The position numbers and the translations under genes were made by a program. 55,401 nucleotides of DNA from Minisyncoccales bacterium (GTDB lineage: Bacteria > Patescibacteriota > Minisyncoccia > Minisyncoccales > UBA5738). The notes beneath the pieces were generated by a model that was not told where the DNA came from, searched no databases, and saw nothing but the letters and a program-made list of their open reading frames with translations. Of this stretch, positions 18,219 to 26,363 are shown one piece after another. The first letter of the stretch is position 1. The number at the start of each line of letters is the position of its first letter. The stretch lies in the NCBI GenBank assembly GCA_049641805.1, contig JBARNX010000043.1, forward strand, positions 1 through 55,401, read 5' to 3'.

Positions 18219-18623
18219 TTAAACTTTATTTTTAATCAGGTCTTCCAATGTTACCGACTCCAAAAAATCATTCACTGCGGCTTGCATTTTGCACCACAAG
18301 TTTTTGGCCAGGCAATCTTTCTGGCGCGGACATTTGCCGTCGATGCATTTCACTTTCGTGGCCGGGTTTTCAATGGCGTTAAAAATCTCGCCGATCTTAA
18401 TTTTATCCGCGGTTTTGCCCATAATATATCCGCCGCGCACGCCTTTTTTGGCCGCCACCAAATCCGCTTTCAAAAGCTTGGCAAAAATTTTTTCCAAATA
18501 GTCCGCGGGCATTTTATCGCGGATGGCTATCTCGCGCACCGACACCGCGCGGTTATCGATTGAATTCTGCGCCAAATAGGCCATTGCCCGCAATCCGTAT
18601 TGCACCTTGGTGGATATTTTCAT
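18219..18623 (-). CDS. Rrf2-family transcriptional regulator (IscR-like)
   Basis: MKISTKVQYGLRAMAYLA...VSVREIA....P..YLEKI...L...L.....G..GGY, plus a C..GKC....DC cluster. Lies upstream of iscS-iscU. Confidence 0.82.
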   Translation of the reverse strand: MKISTKVQYGLRAMAYLAQNSIDNRAVSVREIAIRDKMPADYLEKIFAKLLKADLVAAKKGVRGGYIMGKTADKIKIGEIFNAIENPATKVKCIDGKCPRQKDCLAKNLWCKMQAAVNDFLESVTLEDLIKNKV

Positions 18624-18637
18624 TTTTTTCGCAATTT

Positions 18638-18663
18638 AAAAGCCGACTCTTTTCGTCGGCTTT
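18638..18663 (-). terminator. Hairpin plus U-rich tract between the SdpI-like gene and the Rrf2 regulator start
   Basis: AAAGCCGAC-TCTTTTC-GTCGGCTTT. It ends 14 nt upstream of the 18623 start codon. Confidence 0.6.
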
Positions 18664-18704
18664 AATATATCATCATTGGATCGCGCTTGTCAAATTGAAA
18701 ATAA

Positions 18705-19337
18705 TTAAGTTTTCTTTTTAAATTCCAAATACGAGTAAACAACCAAATAAAAAGACGAAATTATTATCAAGGCCGTAAAGATTATGAATCCCAATTCACC
18801 CAAAAAGATTGTTACCAAACTCAAAATAGCGATAATCTTAAAAATTTTCGCGCCCAATTTATTGGTTTTGTCCCAGACCTTTTCGCTCGACAGAGTCCAT
18901 GGAGTGCGGATGCCGATGAACCAGTTTTGTTTTGTGTTTTCCAAGATTGTAGCGACAAAACAGAAAAGGACGGCCATTGCCGGCATAATCGCCGCGGTCA
19001 TATTAAATTCAATGCCGTTGTTGGATAGAACGGTAAGCGCGTAAATATAGGCCATAAACGCCACGAACGCAGACATAAATTTCTCATAATAATTCCTAAA
19101 CTTCGCGTAATTCTCTTTCAAGGGATCGATCTTGGGCAAGACTAAAAACAATGAAAACATCGCCAAAGTGATTATGGGCATTAAGAACAACGCCCAGAAT
19201 TTAGGCATATAGCCATTGACATTCCCGTTGCTTCCCCAATGGCTGGCCATCAATTCCGGCATTGCCGGATAGAAATACACGCCCGCGGCAAAACACAAAA
19301 CTATTGCCGCAAAATTAATATTTTCAATGTTTTTCAT
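18705..19337 (-). CDS. SdpI/YhfL-family (DUF1648 + SdpI) integral membrane protein
   Basis: Multi-transmembrane protein with HWGSNGNVNGY and IGIRTPWTLSSEKVWDKTNK. The track start at 19493 was trimmed to the ATG at 19337, which removes the overlap with the upstream gene. Confidence 0.65.
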   Translation of the reverse strand: MKNIENINFAAIVLCFAAGVYFYPAMPELMASHWGSNGNVNGYMPKFWALFLMPIITLAMFSLFLVLPKIDPLKENYAKFRNYYEKFMSAFVAFMAYIYALTVLSNNGIEFNMTAAIMPAMAVLFCFVATILENTKQNWFIGIRTPWTLSSEKVWDKTNKLGAKIFKIIAILSLVTIFLGELGFIIFTALIIISSFYLVVYSYLEFKKKT

Positions 19338-19341
19338 AAAT

Positions 19342-20499
19342 TTACAGCCTATTGGCAATATCCTTGTTTTTAGCAAAAAGATAACGCATGCCGCCCAAAC
19401 CCCAGATGATCGCGGCAAACGAGAATACGCCGCCAACCACCGGTATGGCGAATAAAACCCAAAGAACGGCAACACCGACCAGCGCCTGGGCAACCGGCGA
19501 ATCCTGCTTGCTTTTCCAATAGTCTTTGGTAATCTTTCTGCCCACCGCGAGCGCGGCCAAAATTCTTGACAGAAACAGCGCGGCTATAAAAAGCAAGACC
19601 GCCAGTATCGCCACCGGAATGCCGATGATTGTGATTGCCAGCGCGATCGCGGCAATCGGAACCGCGACCATAATTATCAATCCCCAGCCAAACGACCGGC
19701 CGGGTTTTTCCAATATCGCCCCGGCAATCTTTGATGTGAGATTTTTAAATAAAAACACCAGCGCCAACGCAACCGCCATGTTGATAATAATATCCATCGC
19801 TTTGTCCGCGACATTTTGCCAAGCTGTTTTTCGCGCCTTCGGGAAAACCGCGCCGTCCTTAACCGCGGGAACGGTTCGATTGACGCTGCCTGAAACCTGC
19901 CCGCCCTGATTTGCCAATTCGTTGTCGCTGGTATAATTCAGCTCGCCGCCGATCCGGCTGTCTTTTCGCAAAATCAAATTTTTATCGTGAAAATCGGCAT
20001 TGCCGGCGATATCGCCGTTAATGAATATTTCATTGCCGGCGCCGGCGATATTGCCGCCGATCCGGCCGCCGATATCGGCTTTCCGGCCGGCAAAAAGCAT
20101 TTCTCCAGCGATCGTCGAATCGGCCGTTATTGTTTGCGCCGCCACGGTTACATTTCTTCCCACCGCGCCGTCGATTTTCACAATCTGGCCAACGCACCGC
20201 ACGCTTCCGCTCACGGCGCCGGTGATCGTGATATTCTGTCCGGCGCAAATAATATCGCCGTCTACGGCACCGTTAATATCAACATTCTGTCCGGCGCAAA
20301 TAATATCGCCTTTGATATCGCCGTCGATCATGATCGTTTGGCCGGAAGCCAAAAGCGTTCCGTTAACAACCTCGCTTTCAGGCACGATAACCTGCGATCC
20401 GGTTCTTGCCGTGAAAGCAAGCGCGTCCTTTGGAAATGCGAAATTCAGAATCAAAAAAACCGCGAAAAAGAAATACGCGAACAAGTGTTTTGTGTTCAT
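19342..20499 (-). CDS. Membrane protein with a signal peptide, a bactofilin/DUF583-like beta-helical repeat region and a C-terminal polytopic transmembrane domain
   Basis: Signal-like MNTKHLFAYFFFAVFLILNFAFPKDALA. Reiterated G.I.GDIICAGQNV.I.GAV.G units. About 4 C-terminal hydrophobic helices. Confidence 0.5.
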   Translation of the reverse strand: MNTKHLFAYFFFAVFLILNFAFPKDALAFTARTGSQVIVPESEVVNGTLLASGQTIMIDGDIKGDIICAGQNVDINGAVDGDIICAGQNITITGAVSGSVRCVGQIVKIDGAVGRNVTVAAQTITADSTIAGEMLFAGRKADIGGRIGGNIAGAGNEIFINGDIAGNADFHDKNLILRKDSRIGGELNYTSDNELANQGGQVSGSVNRTVPAVKDGAVFPKARKTAWQNVADKAMDIIINMAVALALVFLFKNLTSKIAGAILEKPGRSFGWGLIIMVAVPIAAIALAITIIGIPVAILAVLLFIAALFLSRILAALAVGRKITKDYWKSKQDSPVAQALVGVAVLWVLFAIPVVGGVFSFAAIIWGLGGMRYLFAKNKDIANRL

Positions 20500-20531
20500 A
20501 TGCAATTATTTACCAGCTATTGTTATTTTAA

Positions 20532-21263
20532 TCATTTTACCATTGATGAATGTTTTAAAGAAGCCCGCTTCATATAATGTTCCCTTCTTTCGCCGCTGAA
20601 TTTCTCGATCGCGTAACGCAACATCATGCGCGGCATCGTCTCATAATGCTTATTCAAAAAATCCTCCTCGATTTCCCGCCCGCAACGCTTGCCGATTTCC
20701 CGCAACGCCCAACCGACCGCTTTGTGGATCAAATCTTCTTTATCGCCAAGCAGGAGTTCGGCAATTCCCAGCGCGGCGCGGCAATCGCCATTTTTTATAA
20801 AGAAAAATGTTGCCAGCATCGCAACCCGCCGCTCCCACAGGCTTTTCGACCTTGCCAGCTCGAAAAGAATGTTTTTGTCTTTGCCCTCCAAATATCCGCC
20901 GACGATTTGCGGCGCGGTCAAATCCACCAAATCCCAATTATTGACATATTTCGTATTTTTCAAATACAGATCGAAAATTTTTCGTTTTGTTTTATCATCC
21001 CCTTTTTGGAATTTCTTAACTAAAATCAAAAGCGCGGCCATACGCTCCTCATGGAATTCGCTTTTCAGCAGTTTTTGCGCTTCGTCCGGCGAAATTTCTT
21101 CCCAATATTTTTTAATCGCCGCCCGTATTTGCGGCACCATCGCGCCCAAAAACTTGTCGCCCTCGGCATATTCTCCCGGCCCGGTCTTAAAAAACTTCTG
21201 CAATCCCAGAGCCTTTTCCTTGCTCGCTCCAATTCGCAATTCTCTTTTTATTTCTTCTATCAT
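20532..21263 (-). CDS. DNA alkylation repair protein (AlkD/AlkC-like HEAT-repeat family)
   Basis: VNNWDLVDL, WERRVAML and KAVGWALREIGKR motifs. Confidence 0.72.
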   Translation of the reverse strand: MIEEIKRELRIGASKEKALGLQKFFKTGPGEYAEGDKFLGAMVPQIRAAIKKYWEEISPDEAQKLLKSEFHEERMAALLILVKKFQKGDDKTKRKIFDLYLKNTKYVNNWDLVDLTAPQIVGGYLEGKDKNILFELARSKSLWERRVAMLATFFFIKNGDCRAALGIAELLLGDKEDLIHKAVGWALREIGKRCGREIEEDFLNKHYETMPRMMLRYAIEKFSGERREHYMKRASLKHSSMVK

Positions 21264-21391
21264 ATTTTCCCCTATCTTAAGATCGCAAAATTGATTCTTC
21301 GCGATAATTTACAATTTTTTTAATTTTGCCCGATATGGCAAGCTTTGGCCCAACCGCAAAATTGCCAAGGCAGAAATGAAAAAAATTGGAA

Positions 21392-21907
21392 TTATTTTCC
21401 CCATTTACAACCGGTTTTAGACTCAATCGCTTTTGTTTCCGCGGCAACGATTTCATTTTTATATTTCTGGTTTTCCGGATAAAACCGTGCGATTGCCAAG
21501 CCCTCGGCAACCATCTTTTGATTGATGTTCTCACTGTCCAAAAATATATAGCGCAGTTGCCGGCCATATTGGTCCAAATCTTCGCTGTCCGCTTCCAGCA
21601 ATACGGTTTTCCCCAAAATCAATTCCTCCAACCGCAATCGCCCCGCGTTATGGCACGGATACCCTTTCTCGTCCGCGTCGATTCCCAGCAAACGCACATG
21701 GTCGCCGCCCGAAACCACAATTGTGTCGCCATCAATAACCTTGGTAACAATCGCCTCTTTGGCCCGCACCGGCGCGTTTGAAACCGCATTTTCGTTTTGC
21801 CCGGGAAAAACGGCAATTTGATCGCGGCTAAACCAAGCCGCGGCCAATAAAACCAGAACAAACAAACCGGCGATTATTGATTTATTTTGTTCAAAAGCAA
21901 TTTTCAT
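21392..21907 (-). CDS. Staphylococcal-nuclease (SNase/thermonuclease) homologue with an N-terminal membrane anchor or signal
   Basis: VIDGDTIVV...VRLLGIDA.E...........LE.....V.LE......D.YGR.LRYIF......N..MV.EGLA. Confidence 0.82.
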   Translation of the reverse strand: MKIAFEQNKSIIAGLFVLVLLAAAWFSRDQIAVFPGQNENAVSNAPVRAKEAIVTKVIDGDTIVVSGGDHVRLLGIDADEKGYPCHNAGRLRLEELILGKTVLLEADSEDLDQYGRQLRYIFLDSENINQKMVAEGLAIARFYPENQKYKNEIVAAETKAIESKTGCKWGK

Positions 21908-22689
21908 TTTTTCATCGCAACCAAAAGATTTTGAATTTGTTTTGCCGCGTTTTCCCGGCCTTGGGCCGCGATTTTTTCCATTATGAAAAAATCAAACCAC
22001 TTGAATGATGCCACTGCCGGTTTGAAGCAAAAGTCACATTGCCTTTCCTCAAACCCGCTCAATTCTTTTTGGATGATATCCATCGCGCGCGCGACGATTT
22101 CGATGCGGTTAATCTTGCCGGCTTTTTCATCATCAATCCGGTCAACCCCGTAAATCGACGAACCGATCACGAATTCCGCACCCGCCGCGCGCGCTTCTCC
22201 GGCCGGCAAATTGCGAGTCACGCCGCCATCGATATAGAATTTGCCATTGATTTTCTGCGCCGCGAACACCCCGGGATAGGCCGACGATGCCATCACCGCG
22301 GCCACCGGGTCGCCGGAATTAAAAACTTCCCGCTCACCCGTGGCAAGATTGGTGGCGCAACAAGAAAAAGGAATCGCCAATTGGCTGAACTCCCTGCCCC
22401 GGCACAAATCCGCCAGCGCCCGCTGGATATATTCAAACACGCCGTCCGCGCCTTTGGCAAACAGCAGTTTATTTTTCTTGCCGAAATTGCCGATCGCATC
22501 ATCGTAAAATCTATGCAATGTCTCCAAACCGCCAATCGAGTACGCCAATCCGATAATCGCGCCCGCGGAAGTTCCGCAGACGCAATTGATTTTTATCCCG
22601 GATTTTTCGATTTCTTCAATCGCCCCGATATGCGCCACCCCCAGCGCCCCGCCGCCGCTCAAAGCAAGTCCGATTTTTTTATTGGTCAT
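21904..22689 (-). CDS. Patatin-like phospholipase
   Basis: LALSGGGALGVAHIGA (oxyanion GGG) and GTSAGA (GxSxG), with a later DGG. Its TGA stop overlaps the nuclease ATG (ATGA). Confidence 0.85.
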   Translation of the reverse strand: MTNKKIGLALSGGGALGVAHIGAIEEIEKSGIKINCVCGTSAGAIIGLAYSIGGLETLHRFYDDAIGNFGKKNKLLFAKGADGVFEYIQRALADLCRGREFSQLAIPFSCCATNLATGEREVFNSGDPVAAVMASSAYPGVFAAQKINGKFYIDGGVTRNLPAGEARAAGAEFVIGSSIYGVDRIDDEKAGKINRIEIVARAMDIIQKELSGFEERQCDFCFKPAVASFKWFDFFIMEKIAAQGRENAAKQIQNLLVAMKK

Positions 22690-22712
22690 AATGATAAAAC
22701 CGCAAAATAGAT

Positions 22713-23753
22713 TTATTGCGCGCGCAAATACTCGGCGGCGGATTCGGGAGTAATGGTGGAAATTTCGATGCGGGCTCCAAACTCAAAACCGGCCATAGTG
22801 CTGGTTTTAGGCATTATGGTCCAATGATAATGATAGAAAGAATAATCGCCGCCGCCGCTGGGCGCGGTGTGCAAATAGAAATTATACGGCGGATCGCCCA
22901 ATCCTTTATATATTTTTTTCATTACCGCGGAAAATATATCGGCCAGACTTTTTATCAAGGCCGGAGTGATCTTCTCAAAATAAGGCGAATGTTTTTTGGG
23001 CGCGATAATCACTTGAAAAGCCGATTTGGGCGCGAACGGGCAAGTGGCGATAAAATCTTTGTTCTCGTAAACAATACGCACCTTATCTTTGCGCTCCCAA
23101 GCCGTCATTTCGCAGCTGATGCATTTTTTGTTCCCTTGATAATATCTTTTTGAATTGGCCAAAGCATTGCGCACATCGACATCGATCAAGGGACTGGTGA
23201 TGATCTGTGAATGCGGATGCGGCTGAGACGCGCCCGCTTCCACTCCGTGATTGTGAAAAATTGAAATGTATTTCACGAAGTCGTGCTTTTTGAGATCCAA
23301 ATAACGCGTCCGATAAGCGGCAATCAATTCTTCCACCGCCGCGATATCCATTAGCGCGATATGTTTTTCGTGGCTGCGCGTAACCACTACTTCGCAAAAA
23401 CCCACCGCGTCCATCGAATGATAAAGCGGCCCCACATGCTGTTTGCAAATTTTAGCTCCCTCAACCGCGCAAAACGCCGGGAATTTGTTGGGAATTACAG
23501 CCAGCGTCCAATCGGCCGGCAACAAAGCCGCATCGACTTTTTTCCCGTTGGCCAGCGCCATAATCGGCGGCGCCTGCTTTTCCAGATTGCAAAAAATACA
23601 ATCCTGCGGCGTTATGGGCGAATGTATCCGCTCGCGCTTAAACGCCTCGGGGCGTTTGCCGCGGCCGGGCGCGATCACCACCCAGTCCCGGGAAACTTCA
23701 TCGTAACGCAACTGCGATGGACAGCATTTATTATTGTTTTCTGTTTGTTCCAT
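22713..23753 (-). CDS. galT: Galactose-1-phosphate uridylyltransferase family (HIT superfamily)
   Basis: RYDEVSRDWVVIAPGRGKRP, CIFC and HNHGVEAGASQPHPHSQI (HxHxQ). Confidence 0.78.
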   Translation of the reverse strand: MEQTENNNKCCPSQLRYDEVSRDWVVIAPGRGKRPEAFKRERIHSPITPQDCIFCNLEKQAPPIMALANGKKVDAALLPADWTLAVIPNKFPAFCAVEGAKICKQHVGPLYHSMDAVGFCEVVVTRSHEKHIALMDIAAVEELIAAYRTRYLDLKKHDFVKYISIFHNHGVEAGASQPHPHSQIITSPLIDVDVRNALANSKRYYQGNKKCISCEMTAWERKDKVRIVYENKDFIATCPFAPKSAFQVIIAPKKHSPYFEKITPALIKSLADIFSAVMKKIYKGLGDPPYNFYLHTAPSGGGDYSFYHYHWTIMPKTSTMAGFEFGARIEISTITPESAAEYLRAQ

Positions 23754-24603
23754 ATACTCCTTTGATAAGATTTAAACGGATGCGCACCAGATCCTGGAAC
23801 ATCTTAACCATCGAGCCGATTTTGACGGTACTGCGCGTGTCATTCTTCCACAATATGCCGACTTCCTTGATTCGCAACTTAGCCCGTCGAACAAGTACCA
23901 GAATTTCCGGATCAAACGCAAACCGGTCGATTTTGCATTTTGGCAAAATTTCCTGCGCGGCCATGGCGGTCATCGCCTTGAAACCGCACTGCGTATCTTT
24001 GATCGCCCAAGTGCCAACCATAATATTGGTTAATAATCCCCAACCCTCCCCCAAAAACCGCCGGATCATCGGCTGGGGCGGCTCAAGCTTCGCGCCTTTG
24101 GCATCGCGCGAACCGATTACCGCGCCATAACCTTCTTTGAAATATGGCAGGAGTTTTTCCACTTGCTCGATTGGCGTGGAATTATCCGAATCGGTAAACA
24201 ATCTGATCTGACCCTTGGCCGCCAACATTCCCTGCCGCACCACATAACCTTTGCCGTGGTTTGCCCGGTTATCAATCAATTTCAATTTCCCCACTTTGCC
24301 GATCAGCGCCTCCACCGCGGCCGCGGTCCCGTCTTTTGACCCGTCATTAACCACGATAATCTCGTAAGTATACGGCTGTTTTTTTAAATAATCGCCAATC
24401 GCGGTCAGAGTCCGCGGCAAACGCTGTTCTTCATTGTATGCCGGCACCACCACTGAAAGATAAATATCATGATTGGCAGCGGGTCGAAACGATCTTGGCG
24501 CTCCGCCAGCCGCCCGGTCGCGGCCGCGCGCGCCTCCCCTGCCGCTTAGATTGCCCTTGCTTCTTCCATTCGCCTTATTGATTTCACCATTGTTACTGAT
24601 CAT
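23731..24603 (-). CDS. Family-2 glycosyltransferase (dolichyl/polyprenyl-phosphate hexosyltransferase-like) with an RGG-rich N-terminal leader
   Basis: LSVVVPAYNEE....T........Y.YEIIVVNDGS.DGT...TDSD. Confidence 0.8.
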   Translation of the reverse strand: MISNNGEINKANGRSKGNLSGRGGARGRDRAAGGAPRSFRPAANHDIYLSVVVPAYNEEQRLPRTLTAIGDYLKKQPYTYEIIVVNDGSKDGTAAAVEALIGKVGKLKLIDNRANHGKGYVVRQGMLAAKGQIRLFTDSDNSTPIEQVEKLLPYFKEGYGAVIGSRDAKGAKLEPPQPMIRRFLGEGWGLLTNIMVGTWAIKDTQCGFKAMTAMAAQEILPKCKIDRFAFDPEILVLVRRAKLRIKEVGILWKNDTRSTVKIGSMVKMFQDLVRIRLNLIKGVYGTNRKQ

Positions 24604-24673
24604 TATTTTGCGTTATTGTTCGTTATTGCTTTTCGTCCTTTTTTATAATCTACCACAAAACCCGGTTCCAAAC

Positions 24674-24700
24674 AAAAACAGAGGTCTTGTCTCTGTTTTT
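24674..24700 (-). terminator. Rho-independent terminator after map. Marks the end of the S10/spc/secY transcription unit.
   Basis: AAAAACAGAG-GTCTTGT-CTCTGTTTTT, then GUUUGG on the minus strand. Lies 26 nt downstream of the map stop. Confidence 0.75.
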
Positions 24701-24725
24701 TCAAGAGTTATGTTAATTGGCCGGA

Positions 24726-25526
24726 TTAGTCTTCAAATTCGTCTTCGTTTGGCAATTCAGGTTCATCGATTTTTGTCAGAATATGAGCGCCATCAGAAAA
24801 AATCGCGATGGTGTGTTCAAAGTGCGCCGCCCAACTGCCGTCTTTGACGCGGTAAGTCCAGCCGTTCTTGTCGCGGTAAATATCCGGATTCCCGGCGGTC
24901 ACCATCGGCTCCGGACAAAAAACCATACCGACTTTAATTGCCGGCCCTTTGTGCCGCCGCCCGTAGTTGAGGACTTGGGGATCCTCGTGGAGGTTCCGGC
25001 CGATGCCGTGTCCGCACAAATCCGAAATCACATGAAATCCCTGGCTTTCCACATAGCGTTCAATGGTATTGCCCACATCGCCGAAAGTATTTCCGGCGCG
25101 GGATTTCTTTATGGCGTATTTCAGCGCTTTTTTGGTAATGCGCAACATCCGCCGTATTTCCGGCGCGGCCTCGCCCACCGCCACCGACAGCGCGGTATCG
25201 GTGTGAAATCCTTTATAAACCATACCCACATCGACCGTAACCAAATCCCCGTCTTTAATAATTCTTTTTGAAGGAATCCCGTGCACCACCTCGTCGTTGA
25301 TGGAGACGCAGGTCGCGGCCGGAAAACCGCCGCCGCCCGAATTCTCGGGCAAGCTGAATGATGGTTTCCCGCCGCACTCGAAAATCAGTTTCTCCGCCAG
25401 ATTATCAATCTCTTTGGTGGCAATACCAATTTTCACTTCATCTTTCAAGCGCGCCAAAACCGAGGCCAACAACTTGCCTCCTTGAGCGATTATTTCCAAA
25501 TCTTGAGGTGTTTTAATGTAAATCAT
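24726..25526 (-). CDS. map: Methionine aminopeptidase type I with an acidic C-terminal tail
   Basis: VVHGIPS, DGDLVTVDVG, GHGIG, EPM.T and FEHT motifs. The TTG track start at 25550 was trimmed to the ATG at 25526. Confidence 0.9.
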   Translation of the reverse strand: MIYIKTPQDLEIIAQGGKLLASVLARLKDEVKIGIATKEIDNLAEKLIFECGGKPSFSLPENSGGGGFPAATCVSINDEVVHGIPSKRIIKDGDLVTVDVGMVYKGFHTDTALSVAVGEAAPEIRRMLRITKKALKYAIKKSRAGNTFGDVGNTIERYVESQGFHVISDLCGHGIGRNLHEDPQVLNYGRRHKGPAIKVGMVFCPEPMVTAGNPDIYRDKNGWTYRVKDGSWAAHFEHTIAIFSDGAHILTKIDEPELPNEDEFED

Positions 25527-25534
25527 TTTTTGAC

Positions 25535-25560
25535 AAAACTGTCCCGCCAAAGCGGGACAG
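25535..25560 (-). terminator. GC hairpin plus U tract between adk and map, ending 8 nt before the map ATG (terminator- or attenuator-like)
   Basis: The minus strand reads CUGUCCCGC-UUUG-GCGGGACAG-UUUUGUCAAAAA-AUG. Confidence 0.5.
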
Positions 25561-25574
25561 CAGATATCCTGGCA

Positions 25575-26363
25575 TTAAATTTCGTAAACTTTGAAACACG
25601 GCCCCAGCGCATCCAAAATGTCGGAAAAAACATTTTCCACATATTGGTCGGCATTGATCTTTTTCAAATTAAAATTCCGGCTGCGGTAATAATCTTCCAG
25701 CGGCGCCATAGTTTGATCATATTCTTCCAAGCGCAATTTTATGGTTTCCACATTATCCAAATCGCGATGGATCAACCGCGATCCGTCGAGCGGACAGCGC
25801 CTCAAATTGGCATTTTCCGGAATATAAAGGATTGAATGGCGCATCAATTCGCAGATCCGGCGGTTGCTGTTGCGAAAAATCGTCTGTTCTCGCGGCAAAT
25901 CGAGAAAGAAGATATGAATGTTTTTCTTGCCGTAGAGTTTTTCCAAAAAAGGAATTTCTATTTCGGCTTCCGGCAATGACCGCGGAGATCCGGATAATAT
26001 GAGCGACTTGCCCAGGCTGTGTATCTCGGCCATTCTTTTATTCATCAGGCAAGCCGTGAATTCCACCGAACACAACACGCCTTTGCGCCTCTTCTCAAGC
26101 TCGACATCAATAGGATATCTCTTGCCCTCGATTTCGATTGTTTCGCCGGATTTCGCGTTCTTGAATTTTTCCTCAAGCACGCGGCTGGTATCCAGATTAT
26201 AGAAATAGAATTTAGACGCCAGCAACTCCGACTGCGTACCTTTGCCCGCGCCCGGAGGACCAAAAAGCAATATCACTTTCTTGATATGGTTGCCGGGGAG
26301 ATTGTTGGAAGATACATTGCCGCCTTCGGCGGACTGGAAAATTTCTTTGTTAAAAAGTTTCAT
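25575..26363 (-). CDS. adk: Adenylate kinase, long form with a ~30-aa N-terminal extension
   Basis: P-loop LLFGPPGAGKGTQS. Canonical secY-adk-map position. Confidence 0.85.
   Translation of the reverse strand: MKLFNKEIFQSAEGGNVSSNNLPGNHIKKVILLFGPPGAGKGTQSELLASKFYFYNLDTSRVLEEKFKNAKSGETIEIEGKRYPIDVELEKRRKGVLCSVEFTACLMNKRMAEIHSLGKSLILSGSPRSLPEAEIEIPFLEKLYGKKNIHIFFLDLPREQTIFRNSNRRICELMRHSILYIPENANLRRCPLDGSRLIHRDLDNVETIKLRLEEYDQTMAPLEDYYRSRNFNLKKINADQYVENVFSDILDALGPCFKVYEI

Noticed and set aside
4435-24725. The 20-kb block between map and infA as a prophage, integrative element or defence island.
   Set aside because: There is no integrase, recombinase, transposase, phage structural gene or flanking direct repeat. 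Many genes in the block are housekeeping (prfB, ftsEX, tpiA, iscSU). It is reported only as a synteny break.
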